A stretch of DNA of 64,000 nucleotides from contig CAYGWX010000008.1 of NCBI GenBank assembly GCA_964353855.1, forward strand, positions 1,958-65,957, written 5' to 3'. The number at the start of each line of letters is the position of its first letter. Position 1 is the stretch's first letter. Below, one piece after another: positions 18,163-27,101 of the stretch. This DNA comes from an uncultured bacterium (lineage in GTDB: Bacteria; Edwardsbacteria; CAYGWX01). Position numbers and translations under genes: made by a program. Under the pieces are notes generated by a model. It worked only from the letters and a program-made list of their open reading frames with translations. It ran no database searches and was not told the DNA's origin.

Positions 18163-19062
18163 ATGGCTTTCGAGTTCCTGAAGAAACTGAAGGACGGGCT
18201 CTCCAAGACCCGCCAGGCCCTGGGGCAGAAGATCGCCGAGGTGATCACGGGCAAGAAGGTGGATGCCGCGACCCTGGAGGAATTGGAGGGGGCGCTGCTG
18301 TCCGCGGATGTGGGGATTTCAGCGACCGAGGAGATCATCTCCACCTTGAAGAAAGCCTCCCCGGACTCCGACCTCCGTGAGGTGCTTAAGGGCGAGGTCG
18401 TCCGGCTTTTATCCTTATCCAACACCCTACCCCCTACACCCTACACCCCGCTTTTGGTCATTCTGGTGGTCGGCGTGAACGGAACAGGCAAGACCACGAC
18501 CATCGCCAAGCTGGCCAAGCGCTACAAGGACGAGGGAAAGAAAGTGCTCATCGCGGCCGGGGACACCTACCGGGCCGCGGCCGTGGAGCAGCTGGCGGTC
18601 TGGGCCCAGCGCGCCGGGGTGGACTTGATTGAGTCCCGGATGGGGCAGGACCCTGCGGCTGTGGCCTACGATGCGGTGGCCGGGGCCCGCTCGCGCGGGG
18701 CCGAGGTGCTCATCATTGATACCGCGGGACGCCTGCACACCAAGTCCAACCTGATGGAGGAGCTCGTGAAGGTGAAGCGGGTCGTCGCCAAGCACGACCC
18801 GGGCTTCCCCCAGGAAGTGCTCCTGGTCCTGGACGCGACCACGGGCCAGAACGCCATCAGCCAGGCCAAGCTCTTCACCGGGGCCGTGGGGGTGACCGGG
18901 ATCGCGCTCACCAAGCTGGACGGCACGGCCAAAGGCGGGATCGTCATCGCCATCGCCAAAGAGCTGGGGATTCCCGTGAAATACATCGGGGTGGGGGAGA
19001 AGCTGGACGACCTTGCCGACTTCGACCCCGGTGCCTTCGCCGAAGCTCTGATCGGACAGTAG
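18163..19062 (+). CDS. ftsY: Signal recognition particle receptor FtsY (short NG form)
   Basis: LKDGLSKTR, GVNGTGKTTTIAKLA, DTYRAAA, IDTAGRLHTK, TKLDGTAKGG. Confidence 0.97.
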   Translation: MAFEFLKKLKDGLSKTRQALGQKIAEVITGKKVDAATLEELEGALLSADVGISATEEIISTLKKASPDSDLREVLKGEVVRLLSLSNTLPPTPYTPLLVILVVGVNGTGKTTTIAKLAKRYKDEGKKVLIAAGDTYRAAAVEQLAVWAQRAGVDLIESRMGQDPAAVAYDAVAGARSRGAEVLIIDTAGRLHTKSNLMEELVKVKRVVAKHDPGFPQEVLLVLDATTGQNAISQAKLFTGAVGVTGIALTKLDGTAKGGIVIAIAKELGIPVKYIGVGEKLDDLADFDPGAFAEALIGQ

Positions 19063-19078
19063 ACTGCGGACTGAAACT

Positions 19079-20158
19079 ATGAGCTCCCAATCCTACACCC
19101 TACACCCTACACCCTTCTCCCTGCCTTTCAGGACCATCCGCTGGAACAAGAACAGCGTACGCATCCTGGACCAGCGCTTACTCCCCGGAAAGGTCGTTTA
19201 TCGGGATATCCGGACCTATCAGGAGATGGCCGAGGCCATCCAGTCCCTGACGGTGCGCGGGGCGCCCTTGATCGGTTCCGCTGCGGCCTGGGGGGTGGTG
19301 CTGGGCTTTCTGCGCTCCCAGGCGAAGACCCCTGAGGCGTTGCTGAAGGAATTCCGCAAGGTCGCCCACACCTTGCAGGCCACCCGCCCCACGGCCGTGA
19401 ACCTGACCTGGGCTCTCAGGAGGATGGGGAAGGTAATCGAGAGGGGGAAACGCGCACCCGTGGACGCCATTCAAGCCAGCCTGCTCGTCGAGGCCCGGAG
19501 GATCCAGGAGGAGGACCGGCTGACCTGCGAGAAGCTGGGCCGTTACGGAGCCGGGTTGATTAAAAACGGAGATACCGTCCTGACCCATTGCAATGCCGGA
19601 GCCCTGGGGACATGCGGCATCGGCACGGCCACGGCAGCAATATACACCGCCAAAGCCCAGGGCAAGCGCTTCGGCGTGTTCGTGGACGAGACCCGGCCGG
19701 TCTTGCAGGGCGCCCGGCTCACGATGTGGGAGCTCTCCAGGGCCGGCGTGGATGCCACGCTCATCACAGACAGCATGGCGGGCTGGATGATGAAAAGCGA
19801 AAAGGTCTCCCTGGTCATGGTGGGCGCGGACCGCATCGCCCGGAACGGAGACGCGGCCAACAAGATCGGGACCTACTCCCTGGCGATCCTGGCCAGGGAG
19901 CACAAGATCCCCTTCTATGTTTCAGCCCCGCTCTCCAGTTTCGATGCCTCCCTGGCCACGGGCGAGGGCATCTCCATTGAGGAGCGCTCTCCCGATGAGG
20001 TGACCTCCTGGGCCGGCCTCCGCGTGGCGCCCAGGGGAATCAAGGTCTGCAATCCGGCTTTTGACGTGACCCCGGCAGGATACATCACGGCCCTCGTCAC
20101 CGAGAAGGGCATCCTCCGCAAGCCCGATACGTCCCGCCTCCTCCGCCTGCTGGCCTAA
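19079..20158 (+). CDS. mtnA: S-methyl-5-thioribose-1-phosphate isomerase
   Basis: LDQRLLP, VRGAPLIG, TRPTAVNL, THCNAGAL, DETRPVLQGARLT, VGADRIA, NKIGTY, NPAFDVTP. Confidence 0.96.
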   Translation: MSSQSYTLHPTPFSLPFRTIRWNKNSVRILDQRLLPGKVVYRDIRTYQEMAEAIQSLTVRGAPLIGSAAAWGVVLGFLRSQAKTPEALLKEFRKVAHTLQATRPTAVNLTWALRRMGKVIERGKRAPVDAIQASLLVEARRIQEEDRLTCEKLGRYGAGLIKNGDTVLTHCNAGALGTCGIGTATAAIYTAKAQGKRFGVFVDETRPVLQGARLTMWELSRAGVDATLITDSMAGWMMKSEKVSLVMVGADRIARNGDAANKIGTYSLAILAREHKIPFYVSAPLSSFDASLATGEGISIEERSPDEVTSWAGLRVAPRGIKVCNPAFDVTPAGYITALVTEKGILRKPDTSRLLRLLA

Positions 20159-20164
20159 TATTCC

Positions 20165-21634
20165 ATGCGGCTCCGTCATCCCAAGCCGGTTTGGTTCCTC
20201 TCTTTTCTGCTCTTCATGCTCTACTTTCTGCTCTCTGCTTCGCATGGCATCGAGGGCCATACCGTCCCGCCCGCCTTTACGCCGGTGGATTCCCTGTTCT
20301 CCCTCTCCTTTATCCCGGTGCACCACCCGCCGGGGCAGGGCATCCCGGGCCGGACAGAGCCGAAGCCTTATGCCCTGCTCGGCCTGGGGAATTACAGCAC
20401 GAAGGACCGCTGGACGTTCGGGGGGATAGGGGAAGGACGCCTTTTCTTTCTCTCCGGCACAGCCAGGGGCCTGGCGGTCCGGAAGACGGACTTCGGACGG
20501 GCAAGCGAGAACGACTTCTCCCTCCAGGGGAGCGCGGAGTACCGGCCCACGGGCCGGGCCGCCTTCGAAGCCCGATTCCGAGGAATCGAAACCGGGGACG
20601 AGCTGGGGAGCGTGAGGCGGACCGCGAACGCATTCGCCATTTCCTTCCGCGAGGTTGATCGCAGGGGAAACCTGACCGTCCGGGGCTCGTGGACCGAGAT
20701 CTATCTGGATGCGCCGGAGCACGCCAACCTCAGGATCTTCAGCCTGGTCCGGGAGGGCGAGCGGCTGTTCGGACTCGGGACCCTGCAGGGCCGGGTCCGG
20801 GAGGCCTGGGTGGTTTCGGAAGAACAGGGGGGGGAGGTCTATCGCGAGCGTCTCTGGGGCAAAGCCTTTCTGGCCGCGGGCCTGGCGTTTGGGAACAGGG
20901 TGTTCCTGGAGGCGGGCGCCCGGGCCGCGGGATATTCGGCCCTGGCCCGGCGGGACGCCTTCGCATATCCCTTCCTTTCTCTTCGCGCCGCGCACCCCGG
21001 GGGGTATTCCGCCGATTTGTCCTTTGAGCCCGGGGTCTCCATCCCCTCCTTCGAGGAGCGGTACCTCCACGACCCCTACCTTCGGGTGAACCCCCAGGCG
21101 GGCTATTCGCGAAGCCCGGTGCGCTTTGCGGAATCGTTCCGTTACGGCACTCCCTCAAGGGTCCTGGAGCTCCGCTTCGCCGAGGAGCAGCGGGTGAACC
21201 TCTGGGTCCCGCAGGATTCCGCGCCCGGGTTTCTCATCCTCCTGCCTTACGGCGAGGCCTGGAGATACTCCCTGGAGGCGAGAGCCTCCACAGCGCTGGG
21301 GTCAAACATCAGGGAGGACCTGGAGGTCAAAGGCTGCCGGGCCCATGCGGGGATCCCCTATGATCCTGAGATCTCGGCCGCGAACACCCTGGTTATCGGC
21401 CACGGCTTGGACTCCCTGCGGGTGAGGGCGGACTATGTGGGCAAGAGATTCCGCCCGGGCCGGGAGAGCCTCAGGGATTATGTCCTGACCTCGGTCGCGC
21501 TCGAAAGCCAGGTCTATCCCGGGATCGCGGTTTCGTTCTCTGCGGAGAACCTGGGCGACAACCGCTACGAACTCATCGCCGGACGGACCCATCAGGGCCG
21601 GGCATTTTCCCTGGGCCTGACCGGCAGGCTTTAA
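20165..21634 (+). CDS. Putative outer-membrane beta-barrel with a TonB-dependent-receptor-like C-terminus
   Basis: Signal peptide, amphipathic strands, C-terminal SAENLGDNRYELIAGRTHQGRAFSLGLTGRL; only 489 aa, no plug recognised. Confidence 0.6.
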   Translation: MRLRHPKPVWFLSFLLFMLYFLLSASHGIEGHTVPPAFTPVDSLFSLSFIPVHHPPGQGIPGRTEPKPYALLGLGNYSTKDRWTFGGIGEGRLFFLSGTARGLAVRKTDFGRASENDFSLQGSAEYRPTGRAAFEARFRGIETGDELGSVRRTANAFAISFREVDRRGNLTVRGSWTEIYLDAPEHANLRIFSLVREGERLFGLGTLQGRVREAWVVSEEQGGEVYRERLWGKAFLAAGLAFGNRVFLEAGARAAGYSALARRDAFAYPFLSLRAAHPGGYSADLSFEPGVSIPSFEERYLHDPYLRVNPQAGYSRSPVRFAESFRYGTPSRVLELRFAEEQRVNLWVPQDSAPGFLILLPYGEAWRYSLEARASTALGSNIREDLEVKGCRAHAGIPYDPEISAANTLVIGHGLDSLRVRADYVGKRFRPGRESLRDYVLTSVALESQVYPGIAVSFSAENLGDNRYELIAGRTHQGRAFSLGLTGRL

Positions 21635-21719
21635 AGTCTCCTTGAACTCGGCCCCGCGGTTATGGTAAGATAAATTGGTCTTTTCCCTGATAATTAAACC
21701 CTAAATCATTGAGGAACGC

Positions 21720-23252
21720 ATGAAGGTCGTTTTAGACGGCGAACATCTGACCATCGAGCAGGTTCACGCGGTGGCCCGCCAGGGCGCCCACGTGGAGGTC
21801 TCCCCGGAGGCCGGCGAGAGGGTCAAGGCCAACCACGAGCTGGTCCTGCGGCTGGTGAACGAAGGCCAGGCCCTGTACGGGATCACCACCGGGATCGGGG
21901 AGTTCTCCAAGATCCGGATCACCAAGGAGCAGTCCATGGAGCTCCAGAAGCGCATCGTGTACAGCCACGCCGCAGGCACCGGGAACCTCATCCCCGAGGA
22001 GGTCGTGCGGGCCGGGATGCTGCTCCGGGCCAACGTCATGGCCAAGGGCTACACCGGGGTGCGGCTCTCCACCCTCCAGGTCGTCCTGGACATGATCAAC
22101 AAGGGCCTGACCCCGGTGATCTACGAAAAGGGTTCGGTGGGAACGAGCGGAGACCTCTCCCCGCTCTCGCAGTTCGCCGAGGTGGTGATGGGCGAGGGCG
22201 AGGCCTTCTACCAGGGCCAGCGCCATTCCGGGGAGGAAGCCATGGCCAAGGCCGGGATCCCCATCGTCACCCTGACCTACAAGGAGGGGCTGGGGCTGAT
22301 CAACGGCTCGCAGATGTTCACCGGCCTGGGCGCGCTCCTGGCCTACGACGCTGAGCGGCTTTTGAAGAACGCCCAGATCGCAGCCGCGATGACCATCGAC
22401 GTTCTGAAATCAGTGCTCAAAGCCTTTGACGCCCGGCTTCATGCCGTGCGGCCGTTCCCCGGACAGAACGCTGTGGCCGCGAACATCCGCAAGCTGGTGG
22501 AGGGGAGCGGGATCCTGGCGGACCGCTCGGTCCAAAAGGTCCAGGACGGCTACAGCCTCCGCTGCACGGCCCAGGTCATGGGCCCGGCCCTGGACACCCT
22601 GAAATACGTCCGCGAGCAGATCGCCATCGAGATGAACTCCGCGGCCGACAATCCCCTGTTTTTCACTAAAGAAGGGATCTGCCTCACCGGCGGAAACTTC
22701 CACGGTCAGCCCATCGCTGCGGCCCTGGATTACCTGGCCATCCCGATGACCTTCGTGGGGGGCCTGTCCGAGCGCCATACGAACCGGATGCTGAACCCCG
22801 TGCTCTCCGGGCTCCCGGACTTCCTGGTGGAAGGCAAGGGCCTGAACTCCGGGCTGATGGTGGCCCAGTATACGGCCGCGGCCCTGGTGTCGGAGAACAA
22901 GGTGCTCTCCCATCCGGCTTCGGTGGACTCCATCTCCGTCTCCGCGGACCAGGAGGACTACGTCTCCATGGGCCCCGGCGCGGCCTTCAAGCTGCGCCAG
23001 ATCCAGGAGAACCTGGTCCCTGTTCTGGCCATCCAGATGATGGCCGCAGCCCAGGCCGCGGACTTCCGCGCCCCGCTCCAGCCGGGTAAGGGCACGGCCG
23101 TGGCCTGCCGCAAGATCCGCGAGAAGGTGACGCACCTGGTGGACGACCGGGTGCTCTACCCGGACATCAACGCGATTGCGGACATGGTCCGGAAGAACGA
23201 GATCCTGGAGGCCGTGGAGCAGGAGGTCGGCGCGCTTCAGGGGGTCTGGTAG
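21720..23252 (+). CDS. hutH: Histidine ammonia-lyase (MIO triad TSG)
   Basis: LYGITTGIG, VYSHAAG (HAL-type SH), GSVGTSGDL, YKEGLGLING, QDGYSLRC, GGNFHGQP, QEDYVSMG. Confidence 0.9.
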   Translation: MKVVLDGEHLTIEQVHAVARQGAHVEVSPEAGERVKANHELVLRLVNEGQALYGITTGIGEFSKIRITKEQSMELQKRIVYSHAAGTGNLIPEEVVRAGMLLRANVMAKGYTGVRLSTLQVVLDMINKGLTPVIYEKGSVGTSGDLSPLSQFAEVVMGEGEAFYQGQRHSGEEAMAKAGIPIVTLTYKEGLGLINGSQMFTGLGALLAYDAERLLKNAQIAAAMTIDVLKSVLKAFDARLHAVRPFPGQNAVAANIRKLVEGSGILADRSVQKVQDGYSLRCTAQVMGPALDTLKYVREQIAIEMNSAADNPLFFTKEGICLTGGNFHGQPIAAALDYLAIPMTFVGGLSERHTNRMLNPVLSGLPDFLVEGKGLNSGLMVAQYTAAALVSENKVLSHPASVDSISVSADQEDYVSMGPGAAFKLRQIQENLVPVLAIQMMAAAQAADFRAPLQPGKGTAVACRKIREKVTHLVDDRVLYPDINAIADMVRKNEILEAVEQEVGALQGVW

Positions 23253-23266
23253 GGACGATCGAAACG

Positions 23267-23299
23267 ACAGGGGGGCGATCCTTTGGATCGCCCCCCTGT
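23267..23299. terminator. Palindromic terminator between convergent genes
   Basis: ACAGGGGGGCGATCC-TTT-GGATCGCCCCCCTGT, 15-bp perfect stem. Confidence 0.75.
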
Positions 23300-23327
23300 A
23301 TTTTGGCCCGATCGATTCGAACAGAGG

Positions 23328-24764
23328 TTATCTCATCAGGATCATTTTCCTGCTCGCCCGTCTTATTCCGGCTTGAAGGAGGAAAAAGTAGACTCCCTGG
23401 CTCAGCGCCTGTCCTTCTGGGTCCCTTCCATCCCAGGAGACCGCATGAATCCCAGCGGACTGGTTTCCCCGGATCAGGACGGCCACCTCTTCTCCAAGGG
23501 CGTTGTAGATTGCGAGAGTGACGTATGCCGGTTCTTTCAGAATGAACCGGAAGCTCGTCATCGAGGAGAAGGGATTGGGGTGGTTCTGCTCCAGGGTGAA
23601 GCGGCACGGCAGGACTTCATTCGAGGTTTCCTCCACGCCGGTGGGAATGCTCGTCCGCCCCGGACCGCCGTAGGCGCCCATGTCGTTGCGCAGCAGGCCC
23701 CGCGAGGGCCAGAGGGCATGGCCGGGGTTATGGGTATCCTCGGGGTCGTTGTAGACCGTGCTCGTATCTCCGGCATCGATGCAGCCCGAGGTGTCGGAGA
23801 GGTAGAAGAGGGCCGTGTCCAGGAAGGCCGGGTAGCGGTTGATGTTCCCGTTCCCCGCGTATCCCCCCTGCACGTCGCAGTAGGTGACCGTGGCCCCTGT
23901 TCCCCGGATCTGGGAATACCGGTTTCCCCAGAGGATGTTGTTGCGTAGGAGGGCGGTACTGCTGCCGAGGGATACACCCCCCGCCAGCCCCGTACCCGTC
24001 CCGGTGGAGTTTCCGAAGATAGAATTGTTCTCGATGATCCTCGGCCTTCCGGAGCCGTCATTGGAATAGCTCCAGATGCCTCCGCCGCCCCCATATCCTG
24101 TGCCCGTGGTGTCGTAGGCGATGAGGTTATTTTTGATGATCACCCCGGTGTAATTCAGGACGAGGCCTCCTCCGTACGTGGCTGACGTGTTGCCCATGAT
24201 GACGTTGTTCAGGATTCGCGGGTTTCCGTCTCCGACGCGGATGCCCCCGCCCCCAGACTGCAGGCTCCCGTCCACGGCGTGATTTCCGGTGATCTTATTG
24301 TAGAGGATCCTTGGGGAGAGATATTGGATCAGTATCCCGCCACCCTCGCGGTAGGTCCCTGCCCCGTGCTCGTCGAGCCATCGGGTCCCGGTGCCCCCGG
24401 TGAGTGTGAAACCGATGAGGGCTGCGGTGGTATCATTGGTCGTTTGAGCACTGTCCGAGACGATCCGGACGCAGCTCGCCGAGTCCGGATTCGCGGGCGC
24501 GCTTCCGTCAATGATCGTGGAATCAATGTAAGCCGGGTTGTTGTTCAGGATAAACCGGCTGGCGACCGTGATCCCCTTCTTGCGGAAGTGGACGTTCTCC
24601 TGGTAGGTCCCGGGAGCGGCCAGAACCGTGTCCCCGTTCACGGCCGCGTTGATCCCGGCCTGGATAGTGGGCTGTCCCCCGGGCACGTAGATGATCCGAG
24701 CCGAGGCCGTAAGGCCGCTTCCCAGGATCAGGATCAAGGCCCAAAGGGCTCTCCAAGCGTTCAT
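23328..24764 (-). CDS. Secreted right-handed beta-helix (pectin-lyase-like) protein with T9SS/FlgD-type C-terminal domain
   Basis: Signal peptide; IYVPGGQPTIQAGINAAVNGDTVLAAPGTYQEN; GGG-rich Asn-ladder repeats; NDMGAYGGP; LEQNHPNPF...IYNALGEEV...WDG...GVYF tail. Confidence 0.85.
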   Translation of the reverse strand: MNAWRALWALILILGSGLTASARIIYVPGGQPTIQAGINAAVNGDTVLAAPGTYQENVHFRKKGITVASRFILNNNPAYIDSTIIDGSAPANPDSASCVRIVSDSAQTTNDTTAALIGFTLTGGTGTRWLDEHGAGTYREGGGILIQYLSPRILYNKITGNHAVDGSLQSGGGGIRVGDGNPRILNNVIMGNTSATYGGGLVLNYTGVIIKNNLIAYDTTGTGYGGGGGIWSYSNDGSGRPRIIENNSIFGNSTGTGTGLAGGVSLGSSTALLRNNILWGNRYSQIRGTGATVTYCDVQGGYAGNGNINRYPAFLDTALFYLSDTSGCIDAGDTSTVYNDPEDTHNPGHALWPSRGLLRNDMGAYGGPGRTSIPTGVEETSNEVLPCRFTLEQNHPNPFSSMTSFRFILKEPAYVTLAIYNALGEEVAVLIRGNQSAGIHAVSWDGRDPEGQALSQGVYFFLLQAGIRRASRKMILMR

Positions 24765-24946
24765 GGTGCTCTCCTTTTTAGAGAGAATGGGGTTTCGTTA
24801 ACAGACTCTTAGACGGGATCAAAGGGGCGAGTGTGACAGAAAAAATGCACTTCCCAGCCCCGAACTCTGGACCGGGAGCGAAAAAAGGGAGCCCCGCGCT
24901 CGGGAGGCCATCCAGACGCCGAAGAACCGTCAGGGCCGTGTTCGCG

Positions 24947-25831
24947 TCACTTGAGGCTGAACATCTCCTGGATCTCCCTCTTTTCGAGGAGCCGTTTCAG
25001 AGCCGGTACGAAATCCGTCGGCTCCTGGAAGGGATGCTCCCGGAAGAGCCGGTGGCACTCCTCATCCAAGAGGTCGTGGAAGCGGTGATACTTCTCCTCC
25101 GCCACGTCTTTGACCCGGTGGGCAAAGCGACAGTTGAGCGTCAGGCGGCCGGGATCCACGCTCCCATACTGGATCAGGGCCTGGGCCTTGCGGGAACAGC
25201 GGCAGGCGTTCTCGGCCTTGACCAGCCCGCATTTCCGCTGGATGAAGCCGTAGACCAGCTTGCGGGCACGGGAGAGCTTCTGTCTGAAATTCGCCTTGCC
25301 GATTCGAAGGATATCGCTTCCCACGGCGTCGCTCACCCCGAACGTGTCCCCCAGGATGAAGACCAGGCGTTGCTCCCGTGAGAGGCAGAGGAGCATGGCC
25401 ATCATGCAGTGGATCCGGATCTCCTCCAGGAGCATGGGCAAGCTCACCGGCAGGCTCCGGGGGTCCGGGATCTCCAGATCCGGGGCCCGGTCGATTCCCT
25501 CCCCGTAGCGGTCGAAGGATACGAAGACCCTCTCGGATTTTCGCTGCTTCATGGTCAGCACGTGGTTGGCTACGATGCGGTAAGCCCAGGTTCGGAACTT
25601 GCTTCGCCCTTTGAACGTACCCAGTTTGGTGACGATCTTGATCAGAACCTCCTGGGTCACGTCCTCGGCGTCGCTGGGATCGAGGACCATCCGCAAGGCG
25701 ATGTTGTAGATCCAGGCCTGGTGACGTAACACGAGCTCTTCCAGGGCGTTGCGGCTTCCGGTTAAAGCCGAATCCACGAGATGCTCGTCCGTGGAATCGC
25801 TCAGGTATTTTTCCGCGAAGGGGTTTATCAT
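24947..25831 (-). CDS. ECF sigma-70 factor with Cys-rich C-terminal extension
   Basis: Region 2 (AEDVTQEVLIKI, FRTWAYRIVAN), region 4 (LSREQRLVFIL, LSRARK), then CGLVKAENACRCSRK. Confidence 0.9.
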   Translation of the reverse strand: MINPFAEKYLSDSTDEHLVDSALTGSRNALEELVLRHQAWIYNIALRMVLDPSDAEDVTQEVLIKIVTKLGTFKGRSKFRTWAYRIVANHVLTMKQRKSERVFVSFDRYGEGIDRAPDLEIPDPRSLPVSLPMLLEEIRIHCMMAMLLCLSREQRLVFILGDTFGVSDAVGSDILRIGKANFRQKLSRARKLVYGFIQRKCGLVKAENACRCSRKAQALIQYGSVDPGRLTLNCRFAHRVKDVAEEKYHRFHDLLDEECHRLFREHPFQEPTDFVPALKRLLEKREIQEMFSLK

Positions 25832-25890
25832 AGCGTTCTGACCCTTAGACGCCGTTCAGGGGGAAGTGTGACAGTTTTAAGGTTTATTTT

Positions 25891-26700
25891 TTATGAAGGT
25901 GACAGAGGAGGTGGGGTAACCTTTTCTTCCACCATGAATTCCCCATACTCGGCCACGACCTCGAACCCCAGTTTACGGTAACAGCGGATGGCCTCCTCGT
26001 TGTCCACCTGCACGTTCAGCCCGATGTGCTCCACGGTTTCCAGCAGGGACAGACACAGTTTGGCCGTGACGGCTTTGCCCAGGCCCCGACCCCTGAAATC
26101 CGGGTGGGTGGTGATGTTGCCCAGGGCGGCGACCTTGTAGGTGGGGGAGTAGACGTGAATCCCGGCCGCGCTGACCAGGCCGCGGGGTCCATGGATTCCG
26201 AAATACTGATTCGTTTCCAGCATCCTGGGCACGAACCAGTTCCCGGGATAGCTTTGCTCATAAAGATTTTCCAGGTCTGCTAAGTCATCCTCTGTGAGGG
26301 GGACGACCTGGGAGACGTCCACCGCATCCAGGAGGGCCGTGCGGGTTAAGGCCATCCTGTAATGCCGGCCGTGGGAGACGAGCTTGCGGCTTCCCTGGAA
26401 TACGTCCTCCAGGCCTGGGCTCAGGTGGGCGTAATAGCGTCCTGGCAGCGGGGGAATCAGGGATTGAAGGAGCTCCCGGGTGAACGCAGGCTCTTCGGCC
26501 AGGGCGAGGAGCACGGGCAGGGAGGTCTCGGTGTAAAGCAGTACGACGGCTTTGAGGCCGTCGGCGTCTTTTAAGGCATGCCAGGCGGTGTGGGGCCAAA
26601 AGAACTCATCCAGGTCCCCGATCTCGTAGAGGTGTAGAGGGATGTTTTTGGAGAAGAACGTTCGAATCTCCTCCTTGTCGTGAAGGCGGATTGCACCCAA
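25891..26700 (-). CDS. GNAT family acetyltransferase (FR47-like C-terminal domain)
   Basis: LGNITTHPDFRGRGLGKAVT, LNVQVDNEEAIRCYRKLGF. Confidence 0.9.
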   Translation of the reverse strand: MGAIRLHDKEEIRTFFSKNIPLHLYEIGDLDEFFWPHTAWHALKDADGLKAVVLLYTETSLPVLLALAEEPAFTRELLQSLIPPLPGRYYAHLSPGLEDVFQGSRKLVSHGRHYRMALTRTALLDAVDVSQVVPLTEDDLADLENLYEQSYPGNWFVPRMLETNQYFGIHGPRGLVSAAGIHVYSPTYKVAALGNITTHPDFRGRGLGKAVTAKLCLSLLETVEHIGLNVQVDNEEAIRCYRKLGFEVVAEYGEFMVEEKVTPPPLSPS

Positions 26701-26705
26701 ATCCG

Positions 26706-27101
26706 CTATCCCTGGCTTTTCTTTTTAATGCGTTCCAGGATTTGCCGGATGACCGCCTGGGCTTCCCTGGCTTTGACGTCGCGATAAAAATGGTCCCCCA
26801 GAATCGCCCCAGCATGATCCGGGACGAAATGCCGGTAGATGAGCGTGGGCAGGTCCCACTGGCCCTCCTGGCCCTGGTAGTTCTTGTAGCGCCTGCCCGC
26901 GAGGGTGTCCCCGGGCAGGGTCAGGGCGTCGTTCAGGGCCGTAGCGATGTTCGCCTTCTGCTCATCGGTCTCGCATTGCAGTTCCGCGCCCCTCAGATAG
27001 TTTGCGACCGGATTGCGCCTAGGTTTCCCCTCAGCGAGCCCGCTTCCCAGGACGGTTAATAGCAGGAGAAAAACCATTGTCCGGGCCAGTATGCGGTTCA
27101 T
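26706..27101 (-). CDS. Hypothetical exported protein
   Basis: Signal-peptide-like N-terminus; 4-bp overlap with the upstream aminotransferase. Confidence 0.7.
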   Translation of the reverse strand: MNRILARTMVFLLLLTVLGSGLAEGKPRRNPVANYLRGAELQCETDEQKANIATALNDALTLPGDTLAGRRYKNYQGQEGQWDLPTLIYRHFVPDHAGAILGDHFYRDVKAREAQAVIRQILERIKKKSQG

